Origin: Haliotis rufescens
Lineage: Eukaryota
Assembly (NCBI RefSeq): GCF_023055435.1
Contig: NW_025963957.1
Span: 7,502,001-7,566,000, forward strand
Length of the DNA stretch: 64,000 nucleotides
Reading direction: 5' to 3'
Below the pieces are notes generated by a model. The model did no database searches, was not told the DNA's origin, and was given only the letters and a program-made list of their open reading frames with translations. Position numbers and translations under genes: made by a program. Below are positions 1-13,106 of this stretch, in pieces (the stretch's first letter is position 1; every line of letters begins with the position of its first letter).

Positions 1-344
1 TAATGTGTTCGGACGCCGGCGTGGACGCAATGTGATCTTGAACTGAACTAGAGACAGCAATACCTTGCACACCTGGAAGATCACATTGTTACTCTTCTAG
101 TGAGACATTATGTACGGGTATTTTTTGAAAAAAATACATAGTAAACATAACACGTCAATGCAAGAGAATAACCTGTATTGATTATCCGCCGAAACAGATT
201 CCATTTGGTAGAACCTACATAAATTGACCGCTGAAAATCAGCGATGACATCATGTGTTCGCGAAAAAGGATAAGCATGTCCTGCCCTACCGGTAGCACCC
301 GTCATCAACACAGTTTGCATGAATACTACTCTCGGTTAAGGTCA

Positions 345-1060
345 CTGTCAGTGCTGTGTTGTATTTCAGTACATAGGACAGGGTTGTACCGTTTACTGTT
401 AGTGTTGTGTTGTATTTCAGAACATAGGACAGGGTTGTACTGTTTACTTTCAGTGCTGTGTTGTATTTCAGAACATGGGACAGGGTTGTGCCGTTCACTG
501 TCAGTCTGTGTTGTATTTCAGAACATGGGACAGGTTTGACCGTTTACTTTCAGTGCTGTGTTGTATTTCAGAACATGGGACAGGGTTGTACCGTTTACTG
601 TTAGTGCTGTGTTGTATTTCAGAACATGGGACAGGGTTGTGCCGTTCACTGTCAGTCTGTGTTGTATTTCAGAACATGGGACAGGGTTGACCGTTTACTT
701 TCAGTGCTGTGTTGTATTTCAGAACATGGGACAGGGTTGTGCCTTTCACTGTCAGTCTGTGTTGTATTTCAGAACATGGGACAGGGTTGACCGTTTACTT
801 TCAGTGCTGTGTTGTATTTCAGAACATGGGACAGGGTTGTACCGTTTACTTTCAGTGCTGTGTTGTATTTCAGAACATGGGACAGGGTTGTGCCGTTCAC
901 TGTCAGTCTGTGTTGTATTTCAGAACATGGGACAGGGTTGTGCCGTTCACTGTCAGTCTGTGTTGTATTTCAGAACATGGGACAGGGTTGTGCCGTTCAC
1001 TGTCAGTCTGTGTTGTATTTCAGAACATGGGAAAGGGTTGTGCCGTTTACTGTCAGTGCT
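345..1060. repeat. Minisatellite, ~48-50 bp unit (tgtgttgtatttcagaacatgggacagggttg...)
   Basis: About 14 directly visible tandem copies. The ORFs called here are repeat translations. Confidence 0.95.
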
Positions 1061-1357
1061 GACTTCGGTTTCACAACATTACACATATTGATACATTGCC
1101 TGTCAGCGCTGGGTTGTATTTCATATAGGTGATGGATATCCGTCTTGTCATCAGTGCTGACGTGGGTTTTAAAACATAATTAGATATTGGTCGTAGAGGA
1201 GACACTATGCCTTGTTCCACGTGGTCAGTAGGGCGCACAGTTACAGATTAGACTGATAAGACCAACTAGTATACTCAAAGCCCCGACCTTGACATATTAT
1301 ATCTATCTATCGTCAGCTGCACCCACGACGTGAGAAGTAATTTAAAAAATGTAATTT

Positions 1358-1526
1358 GATTACAAAGTGGAGATTATTTGTGGATAACAACTTCTTTATT
1401 TACGTCAAGGTGCGTTCCGGTATACATCCTTATCTAGCAACGACGGTAGAAGGATCTATACCGAAACGTTGCCTTTACTGTAAATATAGAAGCTGTTATC
1501 CATAAAATATCTCCACTTTGTCATCC
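1358..1526. mobile_element. Fold-back of two Penelope-like 3' ends in inverted orientation
   Basis: gattacaaagtggagat..ggataacaacttct..ttta is the inverted partner of taaa..agaagctgttatcca..atctccactttgtcatc. It contains ...accgaaacgttg... and the agaagttgtt-atcc motif seen at the Penelope ends at 20590-20670 and 38455-38550. Confidence 0.55.
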
Positions 1527-1642
1527 GTCAACTGCTGAGTAACGCCTATCAAACAATTCAATTCAAGTCATTTGATTTGTCAACTGAGCATTAAAAAAAC
1601 AGTTTTGATATGTCCCGAGAGTATGTGAATCTGTGTACATAC

Positions 1643-1733
1643 CACAGTCCCTCCACTCCAGAGTGCCAGTGGATTGGAATCCTGGACGAACCCCGAAGGC
1701 AGGAACAGTCAGAGCAAGAACCAACAGGAACAT
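1643..1733 (-). CDS. First coding exon of a secreted/lysosomal protein, probably ML-domain (GM2-activator/NPC2-like); remainder not identified in the window
   Basis: ATG at 1733 gives MFLLVLALTVPAFG (signal peptide) then VRPGFQSTGTLEWRDC-G, followed by a phase-1 donor G|gtatgt. W-x-D-C-G just after the signal peptide is typical of the ML-domain N-terminus. TATA and CLEAR-like motifs lie upstream. Confidence 0.6.
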
Positions 1734-1809
1734 GGTGACTCTTGCACAGACCAAGTTATGACGCTCATCGACTGGGAAACAGTATTCAATTACTGATAAC
1801 AAAGTCTAA

Positions 1810-1864
1810 ATCACGTGACATGTGCCCTGACCTGAATTTGTCAGGGCACATTTATCTTTTTATA
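1810..1864 (-). promoter_or_regulatory. Core promoter: TATAAAA (1863-1857) and CLEAR/E-box GTCACGTGA (1819-1811)
   Basis: Motifs read on the minus strand 78-130 bp upstream of the ATG at 1733. Confidence 0.5.
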
Positions 1865-1896
1865 GCATATATTCTATTCAATTGTTCACCTTAACA

Positions 1897-2660
1897 ATAC
1901 TGGAACACATGGTACACTGGAACACATGGTACACTGGAACACATTGTCACTGGAACACATGGTACACTGGAACACATGGTACACTGGAACACATGGTACA
2001 CTGGAACACATGGTAGACTGGAACACATGGTACACTGGAACACATGGTAGACTGGAACACATGGTACACTGGAACACATGGTACACTGGAACACATGGTA
2101 CACTGGAACACATGGTACACTGGAACACATGGTACACTGGAACACATGGTAGACTGGAACACATGGTACACTGGAACACATGGTACACTGGAACACATGG
2201 TACACTGGAACACATGGTACACTGGAACACATGGTAGACTGGAACACATGGTAGACTGGAACACATGGTACACTGGAACACATGGTACACTGGAACACAT
2301 GGTAGACTGGAACACATGGTACACTGGAACACATGGTACACTGGAACACATGGTAGACTGGAACACATGGTACACTGGAACACATGGTACACTGGGACAC
2401 ATGGTACACTGGAACACATGGTACACTGGAACACATGGTACACTGGAACACATGGTACACTGGAACACATGGTAGACATGGTACACATGGTACACGTGGT
2501 ACAGCTCGACACATGGTACACTGGAACACATGGTACACATGGTACACGGGAACACTGGAACACATGGTACACTGGAACACATGGTACACATGGTACACGT
2601 GGTACACATGGTACAGCTCGACACATGGTACACATGGTACACTGGAACACATGGCACAGC
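1897..2660. repeat. 17-bp minisatellite (tggaacacatggtacac)n
   Basis: Direct tandem copies that degenerate to shorter units at the right end. Confidence 0.97.
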
Positions 2661-3864
2661 TCGACAAAAGATTACAGCGGACAGCATCTGTAGTCACTGA
2701 TTTTTTGTCCAAGTTCTCAATTTAAAAACATTACTCTTAAACAGGCGGATCCCAAAATGTACTTTCTGAAGTTCAATACCTGATCCCTGTATCACTGAAC
2801 GTTTTTCAAACTTTGTCCTCCGTTACTCCAGTTACTCTTACTATTAGTTAGGCCAAACTGTATCATACAAGAGTAATTGTCGCTGCAACAACAAATAAAT
2901 ACACCCAAGTGTGCATGTTTAGTTAAATTATTGATACACAAACAAAACTAGAAAGACAAATTGAAAAACTGGCGGCTCCCTTAACGATTCGGGCGGTAGA
3001 ACCTGCCGCGTGTTCAACTAGTTGGAGGTGAGTTGCACGACATAGCATCAGGACATGCACCGTTCGCAGTTTCGTATCCACTGTGTCATGAAAGCAACGT
3101 AAGTGTGCTATAAACGACTTGCTAAACAATGTCCAAGGAAAGCTACAAGGGAAGTTCAATTACACAGCTACCCGGGTGTGCGCTTGATTAAACATCAAGT
3201 CAGACAAGTCTCCAGTGACGCTACATAAGTTCCAGAAAGGTCGTAAACACGAACGCAGAAAATGAACCTCAATGTTGGATATTGTCGGCAGCAACATGTT
3301 TCCTACTCGTATGCCAGTAAAGAGAGGCGACTAATCACATCACATACATACGGTGCATACATCTCTGACTTCCTCATACCTGTAGCAATTAAATGACCAA
3401 TCTCTCATCATCACTTTTGGTAGTGATTCATAAACACAGGCTCATGAAATATTTGGAATCGTACTATCGTTTCTGAATTGGGCAAAAATTTCCATAAGTA
3501 TAGGGAAATTTCTGTCGTTTTCATTTATTATTTATTATATATTATCATATATTTATTATATGTCACAAACTCTGTGGTGTGAAACCTGCTGGTGGGAACA
3601 AGTAGTGAGAGAAAACGCCTGGTGTTAAACATTAACGTGTTATATTACTTCCAGAGAGCCACTCTTCAAAGTTGTTCAGCACATTTTCTGGGGCAGATTA
3701 TAATGATTAGGATACAAAATACAGAAATCTTGAGATGACGCCATGAGAGACTGATACCACGTGCAGCGGAGACGGTATTTATGATCCGTCCTATCCTTGC
3801 AGTCTCACGGTTAGAATAGACGTCATACAAACATATAGAAACACGCTCATGTTTGGATTGATAC

Positions 3865-4680
3865 TGATTACTAACATTACTCGGTATGAACATACGATTA
3901 ATAACATTACTCAGTATGTATAAACGATTACTAACATTACGCAGTATGTACATACGATTACTTACATTACTCAGTATGTACATACAATTACTTACATTAC
4001 TCAGTATGTACATACAATTACTAACATTACTCAGTATGTACATACGATTACTAACATTACTCAGTATGTACATACGATTACTAACATTACTCAGTATGTA
4101 CATACGATCACTAACATTACTCAGTATGTACATACGATTACCTACATTACTCAGTATGTACATACGATAACTAACATTACTCAGTATGTACATTCGATAA
4201 CTAACATTTCTCACTATGTACATACGATAACTAACATTACTCTCTTTGTACATACGATTACTTACATTACTCACTATGTACATACGATTACTTACATTAC
4301 TCAGTATGTACATACGATTACTTACATTACTCAGTATGTACATACGATCACTAACATTACTCAGTATGTACATACTATTGCTTACATTAATCAGTATGTA
4401 CATACGATAACTAACATTACTCAGTATGTACATACGATTACTAACATTACTCAGTAAGTACATGCGATTACTTACATTACTCAGAAAGTACATACAGTTA
4501 CTTACATTACTCAGTATGTACATACGATTACTTACACTACTCAGTATGTACATACAATTGCTTACATTACTCAGTATGTACATACGATTACTAACATTAC
4601 TCAGTATGTACATACAATTACCTACATTACTCAGTATGTATACGACTACATACGTTACACATTATGTACATACGATTACG
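3865..4680. repeat. 30-bp minisatellite (tacatacgattactaacattactcagtatg)n
   Basis: About 26 tandem copies. The 315-aa ORF is a 10-aa repeat translation. Confidence 0.97.
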
Positions 4681-5215
4681 TAATGAACGAACATTCGCTT
4701 CTGAAAATCCCGCCTACATCTGCCAGTGAACACACCTGTTGTGGAAGAGGGTCTCCCCAACTAAGTTATACGTGAACATTGTTGTACATATTTGGTATTT
4801 ACATTAATGTGTTAATATATTACAGCTATATGACCGCGGTTTGTACATAATCGTGTGCGAACCAGACAAACCAATGATTGACATCATGAGCATTTATCTG
4901 CGTGACCGGATTGTCAAGGGGGGTATTTTCTTTTCTTTACAGTTTCAGTCATGAAGTGTTGTGTGGGTACCCCTGAAGGTTCCTTTTCCCTCAATACATT
5001 TAATTACAGATCAGTTTAATGTTATTTCATGTTCACATTACTGGTGATGATTACATGAATGTAATGGTACCAGGTCTTCGGTAAATGGGAAGGAATTTTC
5101 TTATCAACTGGCACAAAAGGCATTTACTGTTTTTATTTGATACAAAAACTAATAATCAATTACGCCTATACATAACCACAATATTTTTTTATTCCATGAG
5201 TGAAAATATTTTTAG

Positions 5216-5350
5216 ACCCGTGAAGATTCCGGGGTAGAAAAGGTCTTCAGCAACCCATGCTTGCCGTAAAAGGCGACTATGCTTGTCGTAAAAGGCGACT
5301 AACGGGATCGGGTGGTCAGGCTGGCTGACTTGGTTGATGCATGTCATCGT
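5216..5350 (+). mobile_element. SINE family 1, 5' portion
   Basis: gacccgtgaagattccggggtag..cagcaacccatgcttgcc..aggcgactaacgggatcgggtggtcagg matches the reverse complement of 18420-18548 and 51380-51490. Confidence 0.75.
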
Positions 5351-5367
5351 ATAATTTACATATCATG

Positions 5368-7395
5368 TAATTTATTTGTTACTTTTAAATACTCTAACAC
5401 GCAGTGATGGGAGACTGTCCGCTTTGTGTGGATCAAACTAAATGCAAATTATCCATTTACAGCAGCATGCAATACATAGATCTCAAGTAAGGAGACTTCA
5501 GTAATAGAACTGATTATTTGTATATACATGATTGGACTTTCAGTGATGACACCAGGTGTGTGTGAGAATTGAAGTATTGTATATCACCAATATGACATGC
5601 ATTCGCTATGTAGGTAAACACATAGGTTTACTACTCATGGAAGAAGTGTGTCGGACACGCAGCGCTTCTACAGAACCACAATAGTCGGTATGGTGTTATG
5701 GGTTATGTATGCCTCTTTTCTGTTTCCGGTTGACAAATAATCCATGTGTTGTGTTCACACTCGGCTGCTTGGTCATGCCAATCTGTGCGCGTGTTGTGGT
5801 TGAAGATGGGAACTTTAATGTATGAATAAAGGATGTACGCTACTCTAATTCAACGTTAAGCTTATTTTATACAAATTATGCATATCCAGTAACATGTCAT
5901 ATTTCTACCACAACACAGGGAACTGAAGTTATCACAACCTAAGGGAAACAACAAATGATTAAATGGTTTGAACGTGACTACTGCAGTGGCGATACCAGGT
6001 GTAAGTGGTACTCGATACAGTACAAACTAACAATTTGCCAAGTGCCTCTCGGGCTGTACGTGGCCTGTCTGCTACTGCATACATTAATGAGAGGTGTCAT
6101 ACTTTAGCGAAAGCATGCCACTTTCAGATGTACATGTACCCATAATGAGTAATTTCCCCTGACTTTAATATATATCATCAGTTCAAAATGTTTCAGAACA
6201 GGGAATATACATTTACAAACCTCATACCAAATTTAATCAAATGGTCAGTGTGCGTTTTTCTTTTGTATATAGGAAATCAATTTGCTCGAAAAAACAACCT
6301 GTTAATAAAGGGGCGGGCATGTCACGTAGCTTTGATTCACATACATGGTTCATTTACGTGGGATGTCTGAACTGATGTCTGATGTCCAATAGCGTGGATC
6401 GATGCTCATGATGTCATTCACTGGATTGTTTGGTCCAGACTCGATTATTTACAGACCGCCGGCATATAGCTGGAATATTGCCTAGTGCGGCGTTAAACAA
6501 CAAACAGACAGACATATCTATCTTCAGAAGTTATACTATACCGTATAAGGTTATAACATTCAAGGCCTCAGTATAACTTACATGTCCGATGCAATTCCAT
6601 ATGTTGACTTTTACTATATGTTCCCGCGTTGTTTTCAGACAAACAATTGACTTGCCTTTGCATGTGTTTGTGACGTGTGCCTTCGGTGTTGCAGGATACG
6701 CTCACCTTTGCGCGAAGACCTGGCATCATCACTGATGGTGATTCATAAAAACATGCTCTTGTGATTATGGAAATGTTTTTCTTTATTTATACGAACAGCA
6801 TATTTAATATATCTATTGCTGTAAGAATGAATTGCTGTTAATCACTTCTTTAATTAGACACGATGACGAAATATATGCTGACGTTTTTAACAAGTACATT
6901 GTATGTACTCAGTGGTATTGGGAGTGTGGAGCATTGATCGTGTAGTATGGACATAACGTGGGCGATACAACAGACAGACATCTGCAGGTATATATTTTCG
7001 GATCAGAATATTGCATAAAATAAGATAAATTTAGGTTTTGCCGCTTTGCATATGGCATAATGTAACTGTCTGCGTGAGAATGTACATAGTGTATTTGTTA
7101 TGATGTAAAAAGTGCTTTTGTACAATGTACTTTTAGTAGAGATTTCGCGTCGTTGTGAAACGATTTTTGTCGCTTATATTTCATTGTATTGTTTGGGGGT
7201 TCAGTCTGGCTGCAGGTTTCACAGAGGCTCTGTGTTCATGTAGGGGCTTAAGTGCAGAGTTGCGTTCCTTTAAAGTGCCAGGATCTGCTGATAGTGTGGC
7301 AGATACGCTATATAGGGACTGACCATTTTATGCTTCGGGTGGGCAGGGCATTAAATAAATTGTCCCTAAAAATTCTTGAAAAATATAACTATGCT
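5368..7395 (+). repeat. Tandem segmental duplication, copy 1 (~2.0 kb)
   Basis: Near-identical to 7519-10487 apart from the insertion in copy 2. ORFs 6188 and 9280 are the same 60 aa except for one residue. Confidence 0.95.
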
Positions 7396-7518
7396 TCAGA
7401 CATTAGAAATAAATGCCTGCCACAAAAACGACACCGTTGCAAGGTGATTTGTATTTATAAAAATTCAGGCTTATATTTTTCAAACCAACCAACCACTTTT
7501 ATGTTTCCTTGAGACCTA

Positions 7519-10487
7519 TAATTTATTTGTTGTTACTTTTAAATACTCTAACACGCAGTGATGGGAGACTGTCCGCTTTGTGTGGATCAAACTAAATGCA
7601 AATTATCCATTTACAGTAGCATGCGATACATAGATCTCAAGTAAGGAGACTCCAGTAATAGATAGAGGTTATCACGCGAGTGTGTTTGGGGATGGTAAAT
7701 ATCCTGCATTAGGAATAAACATTGTATTTAGCGATCGTGATAACCTCTTTATCATATAATGTCATTCTTTAATTCTGTGCTTTAAAATCGCTTTCCCTCT
7801 CTCACAAACATTACCAAAATATTGCGAGTTTTCCTGGAATGGGCGCATTAATATTTATTACGTCACAGGGTAAGTGATGTGTCAGTCGGACAGTGACAGT
7901 AGCCAATATAGTTCCAACTGAAATCTGTTTCTTGTACAGTGGCGAAGCAACATATTCGCAAAACAACAGTTGTTTTTAATTGCCTTTCGCGGCAATCCAT
8001 CGGTCTGTCCGCTAGAGTAACTGCCCTTTATCAAAGGGAAGCTACTCTAACCCTAGTCTATGAGACGTCACGGCCACGTTCAGACGTTGTTGACAGTCGG
8101 TCTGTCCTGTCATTACGTTAAGAAGTGCAATCAGATGTACACACAGCGACTAAACGAAACAAGGTAACAATTCAAACATATTTCGGCAAAATCCAACTAT
8201 TTTAATTTGGGGAGAAGGTCTAAAAGCACAGATATGGCTACTGATCCCGCTTGGCTAGGCCTCGTGCCCTCGCAAAATTGTTTCGAAATTTATATCTCCA
8301 AAGTTGCCAAAACTTATAAAATGCCTTAGCTACGTCACAGTTGGACACTGATTTTCAGTATATTAGACTGTTCTTTTCATAATGATAGCAATTATCCCTG
8401 TAGTTTATCCAGATTCCCGATGGTTAATTCTGACTCGATCGCCGATTGACGAGGGCGACGCCATGTTTGTTTATAAACAGTGAAAGTAGTCCTACTTGAC
8501 CTTTGATATTTTCATCTCTATCCGCATATGACCCCAACGGATATCGTTTTTTATCCGTTGGCTTTATCCTGCCGAGAAACCTAGTAACCCATTATATGAA
8601 AAGACTGATTATTTGTATATACATGATTGGACTTTCAGTGATGACACCAGGTGTGTGTGAGAATTGAAGTATTGTATATCATCAATATGGCATGCATTCG
8701 CTATGTAGGTAAACACATAGGTTTACTACTCATGGAAGAAGTGTGTCGGACACGCAGCGCTTCTACAGAACCACAATAGTCGGTATGGTGTTATGGGTTA
8801 TGTATGCCTCTTTTCTGTTTCCGGTTGACAAATAATCCATGTGTTGTGTTCACACTCGGCTGCTTGGTCATGCCAATCTGTACGCGTGTTGTGGTTGAAG
8901 ATGGGAACTTTAATGTTGTGAATAAAGGATGTACGCTACTCTACTTCAACGTTGTGGTTATTGTATACAAATTATGCATATCCAGTAACATGTCATATTT
9001 CTACCACAACACAGGGAACTGAAGTTATCACAACCTAAGGGAAACAACAAATGATTAAATGGTTTGAACGTGACTACTGCAGTGGCGATACCAGGTGTTA
9101 GTGGTACTCGATACAGTACAAACTAACAATTTGCCAAGTGCCTCTCGGGTTGTACACGTTGCCTGTCTGCTTATGCATACATTAATGAGAGGTGTCACAC
9201 TTTAGCGAAAGCATGCCACTTTCAGATGTACCCATAATGAGTAATTTCCCCTTACTTTAATATATATCATCAGTTCAAAATGTTTCAGAACAGGGAATAT
9301 ACATTTACAAACCTCATACCAAATTTAATCAAATGGTCAGTGTGCGTTTTTCTTTTGTATATAGGAAAACAATTTGCTCGAAAAAACAACCTGTTAATAA
9401 AGGGGCGGGCATGTCACGTAGCTTTGATTCACATACATGGTTCATTTACGTGGGATGTCTGAACTGATGTCTGATGTCCAATAGCGTGGATCGATGCTCT
9501 TGATGTCATTCACTGGATTGTCTGGTCCAGACTCGATTATTTACAGACCGCCGGCATATAGCTGGAATATTGCCTAGTGCGGCGTTAAACAACAAACAGA
9601 CAGACATATCTATCTTCAGAAGTTATACTATACCGTATAAGGTTATAACATTCAAGGCCTCAGTATAACTTACATGTCCGATGCAATTCCATATGGTGAC
9701 TTTTACTATATGTCCCCGCGTTGTTTTCAGACAAACAATTGACTTGCCTTTGCATGAGTTTGTGACGTGTGCCTTCGGTGTTGCAGGATTCGCTCACGTT
9801 TGCGCGAAGACCTGGCATCATCACTGATGGTGATTCATAAACACATGCTCTTGTGATTATGGAAATGTTTTTCTTTATTTATACGAACAGCATATTTAAT
9901 ATATCTATTGCTGTAAGAAGGAATTGCTGTTAATCACTCCTTTAATTAGACACGATGACGAAATATATGCTGACGTTTTTAACAAGTACATTGTATGTAC
10001 TCAGTGGTATTGGGAGTGTGGAGCATTGATCGTGTAGTATGGACATAACGTTGGTGATACAACAGACAAACATCTGCAGGTATATATTTTAGGATCAGAA
10101 TATTGCATAAAATAAGATAAATTTAGGTTTTGTCGCTTTGCATATGGCATAATGTAACTGTCTGCGTGAGAATGTACATAGTGTATTTGTTATGATGTAA
10201 AAGGTGCTTTTGTACAATGTACTTTTAGTAGAGATTTCGCGTCGTTGTGAAACGATTTTTGTCGCTTATATTTCATTGTATTGTTTGGGGGTTCAGTCTG
10301 GCTGCAGGTTTCACTGAGGCTCTGTGTTCATGTAGGGGTTTAAGTGCAGAGTTGCGTTCCCTTAGAGTACCAGGATCCGCTGATAGTGTAGCAGATACGC
10401 TATATAGGGACTGACCATTTTATGCTTCGGGTGGGCAGGGCATAAAATAAATTGTCCCTAAAAATTCTTGAAAAATATAATTATGCT
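7519..10487 (+). repeat. Tandem segmental duplication, copy 2 (carries a ~940-bp insertion)
   Basis: Collinear with 5368-7395. Homology ends inside a small TIR element at ..aaatataa(c/t)tatgct. Confidence 0.95.
7663..8603 (+). mobile_element. Non-autonomous hairpin/subTIR element, family A (terminal hairpin partly deleted)
   Basis: Absent from duplication copy 1 (empty site taataga|actgatt). Second copy in reverse orientation at 31661-32683. Confidence 0.85.
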
Positions 10488-10593
10488 AAATACACGGTTT
10501 TGACGCTGAAGCTGAAAAATATATAATCTCGGGACAAAATCCCAGCATCCTCCCAACCCCTCCCCGCCATAATATGAAATGGTTGGCTCCGTA
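10405..10593. mobile_element. Small MITE-like element with imperfect TIRs
   Basis: Ends tagggactgaccattt ... aaatggttggctccgta. The left half is also present at 7313-7395. Confidence 0.45.
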
Positions 10594-11685
10594 TTATGTC
10601 CTTTGATTTGATGCTATCACAATCATACATTGAAGGTGTAAGTCCATGTATTAGGTTTCAACCAGGTTGTAATTATATACAATTAATAAACATGAAACAT
10701 AAAGCATGTAACATTATGGTGGAAAAGCATTTCACTGACATACATAATACATATAGTCATCGTCAGAGAACAACTAGTCTCGATTATCTCGATTATTCCA
10801 CTGGGAGTAATATAAATTCTACCATGAATTTGGAAATTACTCGATTCTGACTGGTCAATCAGAGGTTGTAAAATCACAATAAACCCCCTCTGATTGAAAT
10901 AGCCAATTTGACTTCCAAGCATAGCTAATACTCATGGAAAAGTACTTTTCCTTAGTCATTGTCGATAAGCATATTTAAATAATTATATTTGTAATTATAG
11001 GCTACAAGATGCAAAAATGCGGTTATTGCAATATTCAATGGATGTGTGTCAGTACTTTTCGTGCAAAAAAAGAAGAAATAAGATAGCAATCGACAGAGAG
11101 AATGTATCTAAAGTTTTGAGGGGATAAGAGAACTTAGAATTTGGCGCTTTTCTATATACAATGTACGACTGTGACGTCGTATCGTGTGCCTTACAATGAA
11201 CGGCATTATGACGTCACGATGGTGACGAGCGGTGTAGAAAAAAAGCATTTCAAGGCTTGCTTAGTTTTCTTTAGGGGTGTCCACCTCATGTTCGCTTACC
11301 AAGTTGTCGTGCTTATTTGCTTTCAATGCCTGTCATATGTTCGAGTGAAGTATTACTGTGTAAACAAACTGATTGAGTATATATAAAGAGAGCGCCAAAT
11401 TTTGTTAAAGGTTCTTGTCGGTGATACTTCCGTACTTCATGTCGACAATCCACTCAAAATACTGAACTCGGCGTTCGGTTCCAAATTCAATTTAGCGCTG
11501 TTAAATCTGCAGGTAACCCAGCTCCACATTGAAAACACAGTTTGCTTCTCTCCAAACTGATAATTGAAAATCAGTGATGAAACCAGGTGCCTGCGCAAAT
11601 GGGCAAGTGTGTCCTGACCTACAGGACAGCACCCGCCTCCCACAAAACATGCGGTACAAAGTATGTGTGTTGCCTGACAAAACAG

Positions 11686-11812
11686 GTTACGGCAATGCAA
11701 ACAGTTTACGGCAATACAAACAGTTTACGGCAATACAAACAATTTACGGCAATACAAATAGTTTACGGCAATACAAACAGGTTACGGCAATACAAACAGT
11801 TTACGGCAAATA
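11686..11812. repeat. 19-bp minisatellite (acagtttacggcaatacaa)n just upstream of the sulfotransferase ATG
   Basis: About 6 tandem copies. Confidence 0.9.
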
Positions 11813-12008
11813 CAATCGATTTCAATACAACTGTTTCCTTTCTTATTTCTTAAGAATAACTGCATCACCTGTACATTGAAGTAAAAACACTATGTTTCAT
11901 ATTGATTGACGTTATCGATTCCTTTACAACGTCTGTTGGATTAGCTCGAGAAATCCACACACTGACAGAGTACAGGTCCGACTGTTCAGCGCCTTACTGT
12001 ATCGCGCC

Positions 12009-12224
12009 ATGCTGGGAAGAGTGCATCTGAACCTCACATGTCTGGGCCTTCTCGTCCTCGTGTCTTTGTTGGTCGTTGCGCTCTTAAACGACAGTATCAT
12101 CCATAACATATCGTTTTCCACGCTTTCGGGACAGAGGTCCAGTCCTGGCCATGCTGCATCAAAGCCCATGCTGCCTTACTTGTACGATCAGCAGAAACGA
12201 AAAGCACTTGACATCATGAACACG
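12009..12224 (+). CDS. CHST15: CHST15-like carbohydrate sulfotransferase, exon 1 of 7 (type II membrane anchor)
   Basis: gccATG, short N-tail, TM helix LGLLVLVSLLVVALL, phase-0 donor ACG|gtgaga. Confidence 0.8.
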
Positions 12225-12365
12225 GTGAGATATAGTAGTTACACTGACATTTTCACTACCCACAATCTCACACTGTCAAGTCGAAGTAAAAGAATATATA
12301 TTTTGTGAAGGCTTGCCTGCAAGTGTACAACAGATTTACACTGGAAGTTAGCAAGGACGGTGTCC

Positions 12366-13106
12366 TGGCGGACTACTTTAACAACTGACAAATGATGGAT
12401 GCATGTACAGATGTACCCTTAGGTTAGGCTGAAAGTACGTAATGACGGTATATACACCAGGCGGACTACTTTAACAACTGACAACTGATGGATGCAAGTA
12501 CCCTTAGGTTAGGCTGGAAGTACGTAATGACGGTATATACACCAGGCGGACTTCTTTAACAACTGACAACTGATGGATGCAAGTACAGATGTACCCTTAG
12601 GTTAGGCTGGAAGTACGTAATGACGGTATATACACCAGGCGGACTTCTTTAACAACTGACAACTGATGGATGCAAGTACAGATGTACCCTTAGGTTAGGC
12701 TGGAAGTACGTAATGACGGTTTATACACTAGGCGGACTACTTTAACAACTGATGGATGCAAGTACAGATGTACCCTTAGGTTACGCTTGAAGTACGTAAT
12801 GACAGGATATACACTAGGCGGACTTCTTTAACAACTGACAACTGACGGATGCATGTACAGATATACCCTTGGGTTACGCTTGAAGTACGTAATGACAGTG
12901 TATACACTAGGCGGACTTCTTTAACAACTGACAACTGACGGATGCATGTATAGATGTACCCTTGGGTTATGCTTGAAGTACGTAATGGCAGTATATACAC
13001 TAGGCGGACTACTTTAACAAATGATGGATGCATGTACAGATGTACCCTTAGGTTAGGCTGGAAGTACGTAATGACGGTATATACACTAGGCGGACTACTT
13101 TAACAA
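12366..13106. repeat. ~93-bp tandem repeat (~8 copies) in sulfotransferase intron 1
   Basis: ggcggact(a/t)ctttaacaactgac...gaagtacgtaatgac..tatacac recurs at about 93-bp spacing. Confidence 0.95.

Noticed and set aside
1-72. Possible exon 2 of the ML-like gene (phase-1 open: GVQGIAVSSSVQDHIAS..)
   Set aside because: The acceptor is plausible but the peptide does not resemble an ML domain and is cut by the window edge.
252-4683. Cys-rich and other repetitive ORFs
   Set aside because: Translations of the ~49-, 17- and 30-bp minisatellites.
6188-9462. Duplicated 60-aa ORF MFQNREY..
   Set aside because: Identity reflects the recent tandem duplication; no domain or splice support.
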